Source: Balanoglossus misakiensis
Taxonomy: Eukaryota; Animalia; Hemichordata
Reading direction: 5' to 3'
NCBI GenBank assembly: GCA_040954595.2
Contig: CM082578.2
Location: 17,998,728 to 18,062,727 of the forward strand
DNA: 64,000 nucleotides
Shown here: one piece after another, positions 50,279-64,000 of the stretch
How positions within the stretch are numbered: the first letter of the stretch is position 1
Layout: each line of letters begins with the position of its first letter
Notes under the pieces: model-generated
What the model was told of the DNA's origin: nothing
What the model saw: the letters and a program-made list of their open reading frames with translations, nothing else
Database searches by the model: none
Translations under genes and position numbers: made by a program

Positions 50279-53200
50279 ATGGAAAAGACCGAATCGTTTA
50301 TCTTTCCAGCACGTCGAGCACAGTGGATCGTCAGCTCGTTAGCGTACCATTATGGGCTTGACCGCGGTGTTGAAAACGAAATCGTTGTACTTGCCGCCGG
50401 GCTGGACCAATACCTCCAGGAGATCTTTCACCACTTGGACTCGAGCGCAAATGGTCAACTACCGGCACAAGACTTCGAAATTCTGTGCGAGATTCTGGGA
50501 CTCGCAAATTCCGACGCCAGCTCAGAAAGCAATATTTTACTGAAAGATCTTCCACAGAAACTGGATTTTAAAGAATTTCACGTGCGACTGGGAGAACACT
50601 TCGCGTCGCAGGCCAAGAGGGACTATACTCCTGTACCGCAGTGCACTCATGACGTGGAGCACCTAGAGAGTGAAGTAAGAGTTCGACATCCCCGTAACGG
50701 GCTCACCGTACATACTATGTGCGTGGAATGTTTCAGCAGCAAGCCAATTACTGAAATCTATAAATCGCTGCTGCATTCACGTGGAAAAAACAACTGGGAA
50801 ATTGAAGAGACTGTTGGGGGAAGCAAGCGGCAACTGCAGGCGTCCGACGGACATGACTCTCCCCAAGACGGCGACACCCCAGTGCGCGATGATGATGAGG
50901 TCTACAAAATGGATAGGTTGAAGCAACAGCTGACTGGTGCGAATGAAGAGAACGAGAGTCTGAGGGAAGTCATCGAGGATATGAGACTGGCTCTGCAAAG
51001 CAGTGACGCTCGATCGCTGGCTTTGCAAGTCGCCCTGCGCAGAAGTCACCTGAAACATCAGAAATGCGAAGTGAAAGGGAAGAGATTCTCCACGCGAAGT
51101 CCCATCACGCCTTCTCGAAGCATCGACGCACTCATCTATGAACTCAACCATCTGCGCGAATCGCGCGACATGCAACTGGAGGAAGCGATGCAGTTCACAC
51201 AGCAATTGGAAATCGATCTGTTGAAATCCAGGAAAGAGTTACTGGACCTGGAATACGGCAATAAAATCTTGATCTCGAACCAGCGGGCGATGACCCAAGA
51301 ACTCGCAAAAGCCAGAACAATTGTCGGGGAAAGTTTGGCCAAAGTGAGAGAATTGGAGGATCAGTCGAAACTGGCTGAAGAGAAACGACAAAAAATGCTC
51401 GCTGATCGACAAAAGATGGTTCTTTGCAGGTATGTTTTAAAGAAAACGTGACTTTAAAATTCTCCCTTCTGCAAATATATTCGTACATGTGTACATGTAC
51501 ATTTTCAACCCGACAGCAAAAGTTCCAGTAGGTCTAGATCGGTACTTGTCCGAGAAGTGGTGCATTAATTTTAAAAGTATATCTTTGGTAAAATGTCAAA
51601 CTTTATAACGTTTTCTGCGATTCTTCTGAAGACGAATCAGACAGATATACAGGCTGTACACTTTGTTCAATCAAGCATAACATTGACACTTCGCAGACCA
51701 GCGCTAATTTGACCAGTCTTAATCCGTCAGCAATCAATACCGACAGACTTCAAATGCTATCTGTCTTCCCCATTTTGGCCAAAACTGACGATCTTGACAT
51801 CTTTTGAAGTGAAGAAGTCAACCACTCGAAAATCGCCCGACAATAGACACAGTTATCTCACAGTTACCTGACAGACGTGTTCCCGATCCAATCAACAAAC
51901 TTTTCAATTGCAGGGCTTTTGTAAGACTTTACATGTGAGCCAATTGTGTCATTTACGCGAGTAGTAAAATGCTGGAAATCCCATGAATTGAATTATCCAG
52001 GCAAACAATGATGTTGGGAGCGACTACCCTGGAAATGCAGATGTTTGCATGTGAAGTCTTTTGATCAGGGATTCCATAGTCTAGTCTGAGTGGATTCAAA
52101 CGTGGGCATGTGTATTTATCAAAACGGGAAGGGAAGGAGAAAATGAAGAGAGAGAGAGAGGGGGGGAGGGGCGGGAAGATGCATGAACCGCTGCAAAAAG
52201 CATGTACGTTACTTGCACAAGTTTGACATGTTTTTCACATAAGAGAACGCAGTAACCTCTGTACTACTTTTTGTCAGAGTTTCTAGTAATCATCTGCATG
52301 GACGTGTACAGATTTAGACCGGTACTTCACATGTGCAGTGAGTGGTTGGGGTACGATGTTGTAGCTAGGCGACTGTAACTAGGCAACTAGATTATGCTGC
52401 CATGTTGGATTTTTCGATTGCAGTACTAAATACCAAAGTATGAGAGTTGAGGTACATAAATAGTAAAGGTTAAAAAAGCGCAAACCGGAGATATTTATCA
52501 AACAATTACATGTCTTTGCTTGTTTGTAAAGTGGCTGGATTAGTCTAATAAATAAACCCTTCAAAGCTGTTTTTCACACCCGACAGACATCAGATAAGTC
52601 AGAAATAATGACATGAGCATGGCTAGGTGATTACAATCACAATCAATCAATTCACGGCACTGCCACGATTTGGCAGCAGGTAGGATTACATGGACGTTTA
52701 GGGGAGAACCATTTGATTTCTCAGGGAGGGTGTAGGATTTGGGTATGTCAGCATTTTTTCCTATTGTCAGTTCTATTTTTTTTACTCTCAAGGCATTGCA
52801 GAAGAAACATTCTTTTCCCTCCACGCTATCTGTCAACAATTTTTATCCAAAAATTATCCCCCCCACAAATAAAATGGTTCGCCCCTTAATATGTTTTCTG
52901 GGGCACTGGCAACAAAATTTCACCTAAAGCTTTACCAGTAATGAGATAGACCCAAGATAGCTTTGTGTGACAGGGTTGTGTCTTGGCTTCAAAGACAATT
53001 TGAAACATGTATACAAGCTTCTGTTTGGCCAATAATGGTTGTGGTTTGAGTTGTCCCTGTTCCTGTCAGGGACTGTTAGTTCCAAAGAACTTGAATCAAG
53101 CTTCAAAACAACATTGGAAAAACCAAATACATGTAGTCTTTTGAAATACACTTTCACTCAGTGGAAACTTCTTGACCTTGGTTGATTCAGGACTTGAAGG

Positions 53201-56200
53201 CAAATATATCTCCTTGGTGTTTTTAGCGGAGCAGTTGCTATGGTGATGACAGTGACTGATGCCACTTAACTTCTATCCATTATGCAAATTAGCAGAAAAG
53301 TCCAACAATTGCTGGTCTTGAACTATTATTAGCATCTTTTTAGCCATTTAAAAAATGACAGTTCTGTTTTCTGTGAATGGTTGACAACCTCAGGAAAAAT
53401 AGAAGCTTTTCCTTTTGTATTGTCGGAAGTCAAACCCTTGCTTTGTGTGGGTGCCACTGATGACCTTGCTGGGAATGTCCTCTGAAGGCATGTACTGGGA
53501 ATAGACATGCAGACAACAGTCTGGGAGCATCCCTGTCTACATAATGTTCATTGAGAGAACCCCCAAATAAACCCTGAGGCTAGATGATAGTTGTTGTGTT
53601 TGGGCAACAGGACTATTAGGTTGACTGGCTTTGTGTTCGTGCCACTGACTGCTTTGATGAAAGAAAAAGTCTTTTTTTAAAAGAAAAACACAAAGAGGGG
53701 ATGCCGAAGTCAGGTGACTGACCTTGTCGCGTTGTGGCAGACTTTTAGCATTTTATGTAACTGAACAAGACTTTCCTAATGAATTGTATCATTTGGCAAT
53801 GGCATGTTAGGTTTGTGTCAACAATCAGAATTGGATTATCATGTTTGCAGAGTGTTGCTAAAGTATTACATACCACTGTTAAATGTTGAAGCACATGTTG
53901 TCAAACACATTAAACATTTCAAGTTGTGGCTTTTGTGGACAGCGTCATTGTTTTGCAAGGTTTTGGATGCAGGGTGTCTGTTTTTGATGAAATCACTATA
54001 TTGCAATGATGTAATTGTTCAAGTAATAAAATACTATGTGCCCAGATATGAAATAATAGAGCTCTTTAGACAACTAATGAGGTTTAGTTTGTCTAACTTC
54101 TATGTAAGACACAATCCCACCAGAAATTCAATCACATCTCTCCTTCATGGTAATTGACATTCGTTAAATAACACCGATCCAATGAGATTTCTCTCTGACC
54201 ATCCAGTTTGCAAAACCATTTGCCCACGATCACGGATCACTGACTCTAGTGTACCTACAGCAGTCAAAGTAGTACCGCAATTTCTGGCATGAAATTACCA
54301 GATAAACATTTATGTAAACTTGTGGAATTTGTAAGTAAAGTATACAAAATAACAAAAAGGTGAAAAAATTCCACTCCTACACAACATCTGTTAACTTTAT
54401 TCAATTTTTGAAACCTGATTCGTTTTGATTACTTTCTGTGAATAGATAGCTCTAAAATTGCTGATTGGAAATTACACCAGGTAACTGAACTAATACTTCA
54501 CTACCTGCAAGCAGATCACTGGTAACCGTTTACCTACCCCTATTAACCACAAGTAAATGAGTCCAAGCTGTTGAAAATAATAGGGTTAAACCAAAGGTGA
54601 TCGGTAAGGGGTAAAGAGCTCTCTGGTTTTTCCTGCACACAGATCGGGGCTTCCTTTTCTTTCAATTACAACTAATAGGCCCTTAAAGATCGAGGAGATA
54701 AAACAACCTTTTACTTCAAGGAAAAATTTCACAGTGGATCTGATGTCAGGCGTATAAAACTCATAAATCAACCTAGTTATTTGATAGGGTTAAAGTACAG
54801 TAATGTTAGGGTCTGTTAATTGCCGCTAATTAGGATCGCTTACACAAATTACCCTCGTTAAAGACAGGAATTTTGTATTACCATCCCAGGCACTTGACAA
54901 AGTTCTGTCTTTAGGTGGGAATGCCAGTGATAGTTACACAACACAAAGTGCCATGAATTCATCAGTGCCACCCACCCACAGACAAAAGTCTAGATTGCCA
55001 AATGTATGTTTCAGAAATACTATTTACACATGTCTGTGGGTTGCTATGTAAAAATTGTCACAAACTCAATGTCTAAAAAAATTGTACATTGGATTCAGAT
55101 GCACCTACATTGCCAGTTGTGTGCATACAAAGTGTGTTCCCCAGTGAAGACATTGTGATCTTGGGTCAAACCATGGGAAAACGGATTGAACATTAAAGCA
55201 ACCATCATGTGAATAAAATACCATATGTAGGTCAGATTTTGTCACAGGAATGGTTGCAATGGATATGTAATTAACATTCTTTCTCCCTCTAACTAATAGT
55301 GCATTCTGGGTAATTATTAAACCACAATGTGCATGCAGAACACAATCCCAAAGAGGGGTTACATTGCTTTTTTAGTAGCTTATGTTTAGTAGATTTTGAT
55401 TTTTTTAATGACGCTGATCAGCTTTTAATTGTAATCTCAGGAAATGGGCCATTATTCCAGAAAGCTCTTGCTGCCTGGTTTCACAATGTCCAGTAATTAG
55501 TTGCTGCTGAGCCACCAACTGGATTTATACACACACAGAATCCTATCATAGACACAATGTCTATAGTCCAAGACACTGGTGTTTGTACCACTAGAGAGGT
55601 TGTAGTGGGTATTGACAGACACTGACCAGACACTCTGGATATCAGCTGAGTTCACTCCACAGGATTGTCATCACAATTCTCCGTTGTTTAGATTGTGGTC
55701 ATTAGACTCCTTAATTTATTTACTTGGAGGTCATAATCCCTTTGGATTAAGTGACAAACAGATTACAATCCCTGTGGAATTAAACCACTGCTGTTGGACT
55801 ACTTTCTCTAAGCCTGCAAGGATTTAAAGATGTTGCTGGTGTTTTTCAAAATCCATGAAACAATATGCCCTTTTTATAATTAACATTTTTTGGGAGATGT
55901 TTAAATCAAAGAAGTCCTTTGTGCGTAAGATTGGTAACGTGACTCCCTAGGCTTACGGACCCTAGATTACTTTTTCTTGGAGAATTTGATATTGTAGGTC
56001 AAGAATCACAGTCTTGGTACACATGTATACATCTTGGTGATCTGTGTCCCCATGCTCAAGTTTTTGTGTCTAATAGTTTCGTCTGTCAGCAAGCTCTGAG
56101 GCTTAAGTTGTCAGGTTAATCAAAAAAGATTTGCTCATTGATATAAAATCATCATTGTGTACCTATAAAACTGTTTCTGCGGAAGCCTTGACAGAGCATA

Positions 56201-59200
56201 CAGTGTTGGTGTCAGTTAGCAGTGTCAGTATTACAGTTATGTGAAAACTATAGATACGCCTGTACACGTGCACATGTCAGTTTCAGAAGACTTCCAGTAT
56301 ATTAGGCAGTGAAACGACTGCCACCAATCCCAGTGCAACAAACCTATACTTTCTGATGAATCATAATAACCACAACATGTAACACATACCTGAGTGACCC
56401 TGACTCACTCAGTGCAACTTGATCCACATTTCTTCTCAAAGCACCCTTTCATTCCAAGGAGAATTACGCCCTTCCCGAGATATTGTAATAAAATGGTCAA
56501 GAGGCGCAGATGGCAAGGGTTTCATTTCATTATCGGCAGTTGGCATTCCTCACTGCTTCACACACCAATCTGATACAGCATGACTTAAGCATGTTGTGGT
56601 CAAACAAACTATTGGGGTGTTTCTTACAGAATACAGGATGCATGAAGTGCTGTGAAATATTTTACGAGGTCATACAGCTAACAGCTATTTCCACAAAATG
56701 TAATTCAGTGTAGTGTAACTGCTTGTTCGGTTTTGATTGTTTTAAGTACAAATCATGAATTGATCTATAAATACACAGCATTCCTTTCCTGCTCCAAGAA
56801 TCCTAAGCGATGATGTGATAACCTGTGTTGGCACATCATCAGATGTTTAATGCCTGTCAATCATTCATATGGAAAAAATATTTCATGTTTATTTTTTATA
56901 ATGATTTTCCTCTTCAAATGTTACATTAGCTGATTGTGGCATTTGATGATTAAATCTTTTACGATGGCATGTTTGCCAATGGGGCAAATATTTTGAATTT
57001 AATACCAAAGTAGAATATTTCATTTCCCTCACAAATCATCTGCAAGGCAATTACAGATATTCATTGTCTGTCAGATGAAAATTTTCACTGCTTTGAGTGC
57101 AAGTTAGGCAAATTTTAAAGAAAACATGGATGGAAATGGAAACAATCTGAGAAAATAAAATTTAGGTCTTTTTCTGATGTAGAATAACAATGTATAATGT
57201 ACGCATTGGTACAAGTTTGGAAAAATGTGGGATTTTCTGTTATATGAAGCATACACTCACAAGCGATTTTCTAAGCAGCAAGCGCTCAGTAATTAACCTA
57301 CTTTCTCTTTCTAGATTTTCACTAGAAATTACATCAGGGATTTTGGGTTTGGGTATTTTTCTCGTCTCTCAGCAGCCCACGGATGTTCATTCTTTATGAA
57401 ACTACACTCTATCCGATTATTTTATCGCAAATTTGATGAATTTGCTCAGTGATGCATTCACAATGTTGGAAATGGGAATTTTATCATCCATACAGAAATG
57501 GATTAGTAGTGTAGCCAAAGATTGATGTTGTTGTCAAAAAACCATAATAACTGTAACATTAACCCACAAAATCATCAATGGCTGTGTAGTTTTCAAACTC
57601 CCTTTCTCTTCTCTCGACAGCTTGATGGAAACCAAGGACGGAGCATCAATGCATCAGGGATGCAAACCAAATAGCCACACCTGCCATGTTGCCACCCGAT
57701 CAGAACGCACCTCACCTGCAGGGGACTCTGACACATCTGGTGGCGATAACCAATCAGAAAGCAGTACTACAAGTAGGTGGCATCTACAAAAAATCATTGA
57801 ATTCAAACTTGGATATTCAGTGACGTAATTCTCTGTTGTGCGGGGTAGTGTGTTTGAACACAGCATCCAGCATGATCATGCTCTCATGTATATTCAGTAA
57901 CAGTTGCTAGCTTTCAAAACCAAGGATGTAGCGGCACAAAGACCGGCACAGGTTGCGGTTGACTAAAGCTTCACAAGGTGATTCAGTTCACTCAACACAA
58001 ATCAAACACTCCTCCTAAATGTCAACCAATAAAAAGTTATTTCTGGTCCGTTTTTCTCAGCGGACGTCACCGGCGGCCGGTGCAGCAAAGAAAAGCAGAA
58101 TCAAGTAGCTACTAATGGATATGCCATTTAGTAAATTACTCCCGCAACCTGCAAACATTCCTGGGCCCTTTCTGCACACAAACACACACACCCATATTTT
58201 CATATGCACACCCTCAATCTTCATTCAGCTTTTTCTTTCCCAGCAAATGTTAGTCTCCCATCTCCAATTATTTGTCAGTGTTAACTGGCTCCAGAAAAGT
58301 TGCCACATCTGTGTGGTGTGTCAGTCTCTATTGGATTTTAGTCCGTGTGCTTTAAAAGGCCCCTGTGATTTATAATAACAGCTTTCTACTAGCATTAAGG
58401 GCAGCTGTGAGAATTAACACAAATGAAAATTCCTGGTTTAATTTCGTGAATTCCTCAGAGACAACATTGGCATTCATGTAAGCATCCGAGTAGAACTGAA
58501 AGCTATTCAGATTCACTTAAAGGACACAGTCTGTGTTTTTATGTTTTTCCTCAATCCATGCAAGACATGCTTGACCTTTGAAACAACCAGACTAAAAACA
58601 AAACAACAGCAAACAGAAACCCCAAGATGCTTGAAACTGAGTGATGTGAGATTGAACTTTATGAAATTTTGACTTTGAAGCAAATTGTGAAACTGGTTTT
58701 GAAACAACAACAAAAACTCCATATCTGGACATTTTTCACTGTTGCAATAAAATACTATACAATGTATTAATCGACTTTGTAACTTTCTTCTCAGGTGAGG
58801 AACAACTGTTTCGAGCTGTTGAAGGCAGAGCAGGTAAGTTAATCAGGACCCCTACTCACACCAATAGATAATGGAATATCCAGGATTCAATTGAATGCAT
58901 TTCATTAAGTTTCTCATGTAGGAAAATTACCAAAAAGTTAATTTTTCTACAAAGGGTGATGAATATCATATTCTTCAAATTGAAGTACCGTGGTCTTTCC
59001 AGTTCAGTTTTCCAGTTGAGGTTTTTCTCTGTAGTGAGGCATACTGGAAACTGGTTTTATCAGCTAGAATGTTAAAACCATTGTACCAAAAGAAATATCA
59101 TCAGAACAGAGTATATAATCCCCCATGAGGGAAGACAACAAAACCAATTTTCATCATTCTGTAATTCCTCTCTCAAAAAGCTTCAGATGAAGAAAACCAG

Positions 59201-61488
59201 TGGCAAGAGAATGCTGAGAACGATGATGTCTTTGAAACAACAGAGGTGGACGTAACCATAGAAAAACTGCAATTTCAGAATGAGGAACTGATGGAGAGAT
59301 TGCAAATAGCGGAGGAGGCGAGGCAGACGGCTGAAGAGGAAATGGAAGAGGTATATAGTCATGTTTTTCATTTTCTTCTCATCTTTTAAGGACATATGGC
59401 AACTTTTAATTTATATGTGAATCAACGGGGAAAGATGAAGACTGGGTGGTACTTGCTGATTAGAGTTTCTTCGACCTGAACATTTTATTATATATATTTC
59501 ATTTTTTCGTTCCGAATGGACCAGATGAGAGGTGACTTGTTTCAAGAGATACAGCTACGCATACAAGACTGTGAGGTGCTGCAGTATGAGTTGCAGACAC
59601 TGGAGACCGAGCGAGTTCGACTGTCCCTGGTGGAAGAGACATTGGTGGAGATTGTGGCCTTGTTGCGTGAACTCAGAGCAATGGTAATTAAGTCAGTGCT
59701 TCCATCCCCTTCACTACCATAGTTTGGTCCAAACCCATGGTTCTCTACATGAGAAACAGTCTTGTCACACACAAAATAGTAAGGTTGTACCATGATTCAA
59801 AGGGCAGCAGGGAATGCAAGGCTAAATACACTTGAGTGAATAATGAGTTACATTACATGTCAGGGTGAGTGTGTGATGACCATTGAACTGTCCTGGGTCA
59901 GTGTCTGGTACACTCCAATGACTTCACACACAAATGTAAAAAGCAGTGGTGAAGGCAGAACCAATAAAATACCAAGTGGAATTTTTTATGAGTGTGTAGC
60001 TGGCCTTTGACAAAAGTGAAATCCATTTTGGGAACATCCTTGTAGACCAATTATGGAAGGCCATGCCACCATGTTTGACTAATTAAACAACAAAATTTGG
60101 GAACGCCAACCAGGTCATCTTAACAAAGTTTGCTTAAAAATTCTTCCATTGTTCTTTCCTTTTTCCAGGCTCACCACAAATGCTAGCTATCCCTTAAACT
60201 TCAAATAGAAATCATTGCTACATTGCTCACTGTATTAAACTAAAATTTTCTTGTTTTCAGAAAATGTCCCGTAGGTCGCTTGGCAAAATTGTCATGGACA
60301 CGGTTGAGATTTGTCACTATGGCAACAGAGACATAGAACCAGGTAGGTTTGCTTTAGAGGCAGCACTTTTTTGGGGGTTGATTTTATTCAGTGCGGGACC
60401 CTACCGCTTGTAAGGGATAAACACCACCAAGTTACAGATTACTGATTCGATCATCTCTTTTCCTTTACCACGCACAGAATAACTACTCCCCAGGGTCTTT
60501 CATTTGGGTCAGTTCTTGTGCAGCTTTAAGGCTGGACAAACAGCCATGGTTAACAGCTTTCAATAGTTTGTCCCAAAGTATTTGAGGCACTTCCGTTCCT
60601 CGTACAAATCAAGTTATTTGCACAAATTGGCATGTTTGTTTTGACTGCAACATTTACTCAAACAAACCTCACTTTCTTGTTTACCCTTTTGCAACTTCTT
60701 GAAATTTCTGTCTTAACTGTGTTTTTGGGGGGCTGTCAATCTTGACTCTAAAGGGCCATTATCGGACCAAATCAAAGCGTCTTTTTTTCTGTTTTGAATT
60801 CCCAGAGCACGATGTTCGCAATTTTGTCAACTGCCTGCACAAACAGTTGATCCACTGTGACCTGTTGCAAGAGGTCTTTGCAGCGAGACGTGCTTTGTCC
60901 GCTCTGAGAATGGAGCCGTGCGCTGAGACAGTAGATGAGTCTACTCCGTCTGCTGAAACATTGGAAGTGAGAACAGAGACACACTCGGAAAAGACTCCAC
61001 TCCCTTCAGACGCACAGATTCCCTCAGAGATTCCAGGCCAACAGACACCATCCCCATCAGAAGTGGAAAGGATGGAATCTAACGGAGAGAAACCCAGGAT
61101 AGAACCGTGGATGGAGGTACCAAACTTGGAATCACCAACAAACTCAAAGTCAACATCACAGGCCACACATAAACCAGACGTGGTTTCTAGCAGCGAGGTG
61201 ACCACAAAATCGACACCCTGTACCATAGAGACACCAAAACTGTTACCCATCGCAAAAGAAACCTCAAAATTGACACCCCAAGCAAAAGAGACGCCAAAAT
61301 TGACTGCAAGCACCATGGCAACACCAAAACTGGCATCTGGTACCAAGACAACACCAAAACCAACACACAGCATCACAGAGACATCAAAAATGATACCCTG
61401 GATGGAAACTACAAAAATGGAACCGCGTTGTACTGAGAAACCCAGAGTTCAGACATACAACAGCATTGACAGAGAGACAGTGTGCTAA
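50279..61488 (+). CDS. EFCC1: EF-hand and coiled-coil domain-containing protein 1 (CCDC48) homolog, ~811 aa, 7 coding exons
   Basis: Exons 50279-51429, 57621-57772, 58795-58833, 59181-59350, 59525-59683, 60261-60342, 60806-61488 (2436 nt, phases consistent). N-terminus PARRAQWIVSSLAYHYGLDRGVENEIVVLAAGLDQYLQEIFHHLD, then EQLFRAVEGRAASDEE, ETERVRLSLVEE and SRRSLGKIV, match EFCC1 motifs as I recall them. Confidence 0.88.
52146..52175 (+). repeat. Short (GA)n microsatellite plus G-rich tract
   Basis: gaagagagagagagagggggggaggggcggg in the first EFCC1 coding intron. Confidence 0.7.
52701..52885. mobile_element. Tourist-like MITE (PIF/Harbinger superfamily), 185 bp
   Basis: 14-bp terminal inverted repeats GGGGAGAACCATTT (52701-52714) and AAATGGTTCGCCCC (52872-52885), a 13/14 match. 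Flanked on both sides by TTA (52698-52700, 52886-52888), the target-site duplication typical of PIF/Harbinger elements. Confidence 0.75.
61228..61450 (+). repeat. Degenerate 30-bp coding repeat (10 aa, ETPKL-type, about 7 units) in the last EFCC1 exon
   Basis: ETPKLLPIAK ETSKLTPQAK ETPKLTASTM ATPKLASGTK TTPKPTHSIT ETSKMIPWM ETTKMEPRCT EKPRV; DNA motif gagacaccaaaa recurs. Confidence 0.75.
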
Positions 61489-64000
61489 TTGGAAAAGCAC
61501 AGCTTACTACTGTGTACAATTCAAAACACTCTGGACACAAAGAACTATAATTATTAACTTCATTAAATTTAGCAGTTTCATAATCAATCTTTATTAAATT
61601 ATGAACTGTCACTTTTCAATGGAGCTTCCCAATCACCTCAAAAAATCATTTTTAATTAAATTAATCTATGCATAATTATATAAAAATACAAATTTATTTC
61701 CCTTCCCTAACGATTTTTCAAATAAAAGTAAAAATAACCAAAATGATTTTGAAAATATTTTATACACAACTATATTTTGATAATTGGTATCACAGATAAA
61801 AAATGAAGATATTTTTATGTAAAATTTTGTAATCAAACTGATTTAACGTTAACAATGTCTTATCCCATGTTTATCCATGTAACAACATCCCAATGTTCTG
61901 AAATCTTTCCAAACTCAGAAGTTTTATATCTGACTCAGGTTTGTAATATTTTGTAGTCTTGTACTTGCTCAATATTTTCATGTCTATCTCTGCTTCATTA
62001 GCAGAGTTGTTTAAAAAAGAATGAAAGTCCTGGCAATTCAATGAGAAATGTTATGTGTTTCATGAAAACCTAAAGTTAGCTTTTATGTATCTTTACAGCA
62101 CTAACAGGATCATGTTACCGTACTTGTCGTCATGTCAGGGATTTTACAATGTTACTTCTGAGATTTAAACCAGAGAGGTTAGCAGTGACGAATTAAAGCT
62201 ACTGGTGACAGGTATCTGTAGTTACCTGAATTTAGTGACCCACACAGCAGTAAAAAAAATGCCAAGATGCCAAGCACATTAATCTTCATGTCCAGGAACC
62301 CACTCAGTTTGTGATTTATCATTCACTATGCAACATATCCTTCATTTGGACATTTTTTATTGAGGGAGAAATTTTTCGTAACACGCGTCAAAGTATGATA
62401 CACCCATTGGCAGTGTCCGCATCACTTTTTTATCCAGCTGTATAAAATTTGTACCTAAAGACAGACAGACAGGAGACATGTAGCCACGAGGACAGTTCAA
62501 AAGGGGAAAAGATTAAGCTTCTAATAACTGCCACCTCACAAGTAGTATGCCAATATTTGCAACTACACTCAATAATAATATATTGCAGACTTTTGAACTG
62601 TCTGAAGAGTTTTTGTCTGGAGTTTGAAGCAGGCAGATAATATAGTAGGGTTTGCTAATCAGTTTATCTGAATGGGTCATTCCACTGCCATTTTGTTTTT
62701 CATGGTTAGAAATAGTTTCATCACTATATGGAAACGGGTTTGTATTATGTATGTCTGTCTGTACGACGTCCTTGTGGAAAGTGATGTTGTTGGCGGAAAT
62801 GGTGACCTTTTGGGACCTCTGGTATCCTGCTCTGTCGGGTGACCTCTGACCCCACTATATGTACACAGAATGCTTCCCAAAAATCCCTGTATTTAGTTTA
62901 TATGGAGTCAGTACTCAAGCATCATTGTGTACGGTTCATGGGGAATTTTCTCACCCTTTCAAACATGTGCATAATACATTTTTGTTTACTTTATCAAACA
63001 GCTCACCTAATTGCTTAAAAGGAAAAGTAATCTTTTTTCATGTTGAATCACTGCCCAGAATATTGATGTTATGTATACTGTTATACATATGCAAAGAAAA
63101 ATGCTCTACTTTTTAAAAATATGACATTTGTGACTTGAATCACAGTAGGTGGTAGAACTGTATCAATTTGACTTAATTTCACTGAAATTTTAACCACACA
63201 GAAACGTAAGTTTTTATTTCAAAGAAATGAAATCTACACCATGATAATACCATGCCAGCATTCTTTGATGATATTATCACAGTTATCAAAAACTTACCAA
63301 GGTGCTGGAAAACTGCCAAAGAATGTAGTCATTTCTGCATGAAATGGTCCCGTCATTAATAATCCTGGTCCAGTCATTTCATTATATCCTTTTACAACAG
63401 AAAAAGAATTTCTAATTATAGGATTGCTTAAGCAGTATTGATTTCTACGTGATTGCCTCTCATTATTTTCAAGAGAGCATTTTTTCTACGATGATTGAAT
63501 CACCCTTGTTTGATGATGAGATATTTTTGACATCAGAGTGACAGCACTGTTTGATTACTTTTCTGAGGGAAATATAGTATTTTGTGTAACTTTTGCAGGT
63601 AAAATGGTTATATGTCATTATGATTTCACTCCTCCAGTTTGTCAGTATTGTAAGTTGGTTGATCATCACTTTCTGTTGATACATTAGATAATTGCATTTT
63701 TCTGTTTGATGTCATGTAAAGTGTTTGGTTCTGTGATGTGTAATTGTGATGTGATGGATGAAGACTTTCCTGTTCATTGTATGCTTTACTTGAACTTTTA
63801 ACGTTCATGTTTCATTTCAATTCTTATGCAATAATTGCAATAACATTTTCTACATTTGGTAATGTTCACTTTCACACATGCAAATTGATTGCCATCACAA
63901 AATCTTCATATTCGGTGTCCAGAATGATCAGTTGTAAACATCAGTACATGACCAATACATGTTTTGACAGTGTGTGTGTAATACTCTTTGAAGGAAGTTG

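Overview
Eukaryotic (invertebrate animal-like, AT-rich, GT-AG introns) genomic window. The left ~28 kb is dominated by an 87/88-bp tandem satellite (1426-28018). It has a ~270-copy homogeneous core, older variant layers on both sides, orientation switches at both ends, and a captured 634-bp copy of neighbouring unique DNA. All ORFs in this array are artefacts of the 87-bp (29-codon) period. A repeat-rich 28-31.6 kb segment carries repeated splice-acceptor/exon modules and a poly(A) site on the minus strand, possibly a spliced non-coding transcript divergent from the next gene. The right half holds three intron-containing genes that I assembled by hand with frame-consistent splice phases: a long (~834 aa) NEMO/IKBKG-optineurin family gene (+, 33384-38397) with an N-terminal LIR motif and many kB/IRF/CLEAR/DR5-like sites; ATP23 (-, 43717-41621, ~260 aa); and an EFCC1/CCDC48-like gene (+, 50279-61488, ~811 aa) with a Tourist-like MITE in its large intron. 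No rRNA, tRNA or CRISPR array was seen. Family assignments come from remembered motifs, not from database searches.
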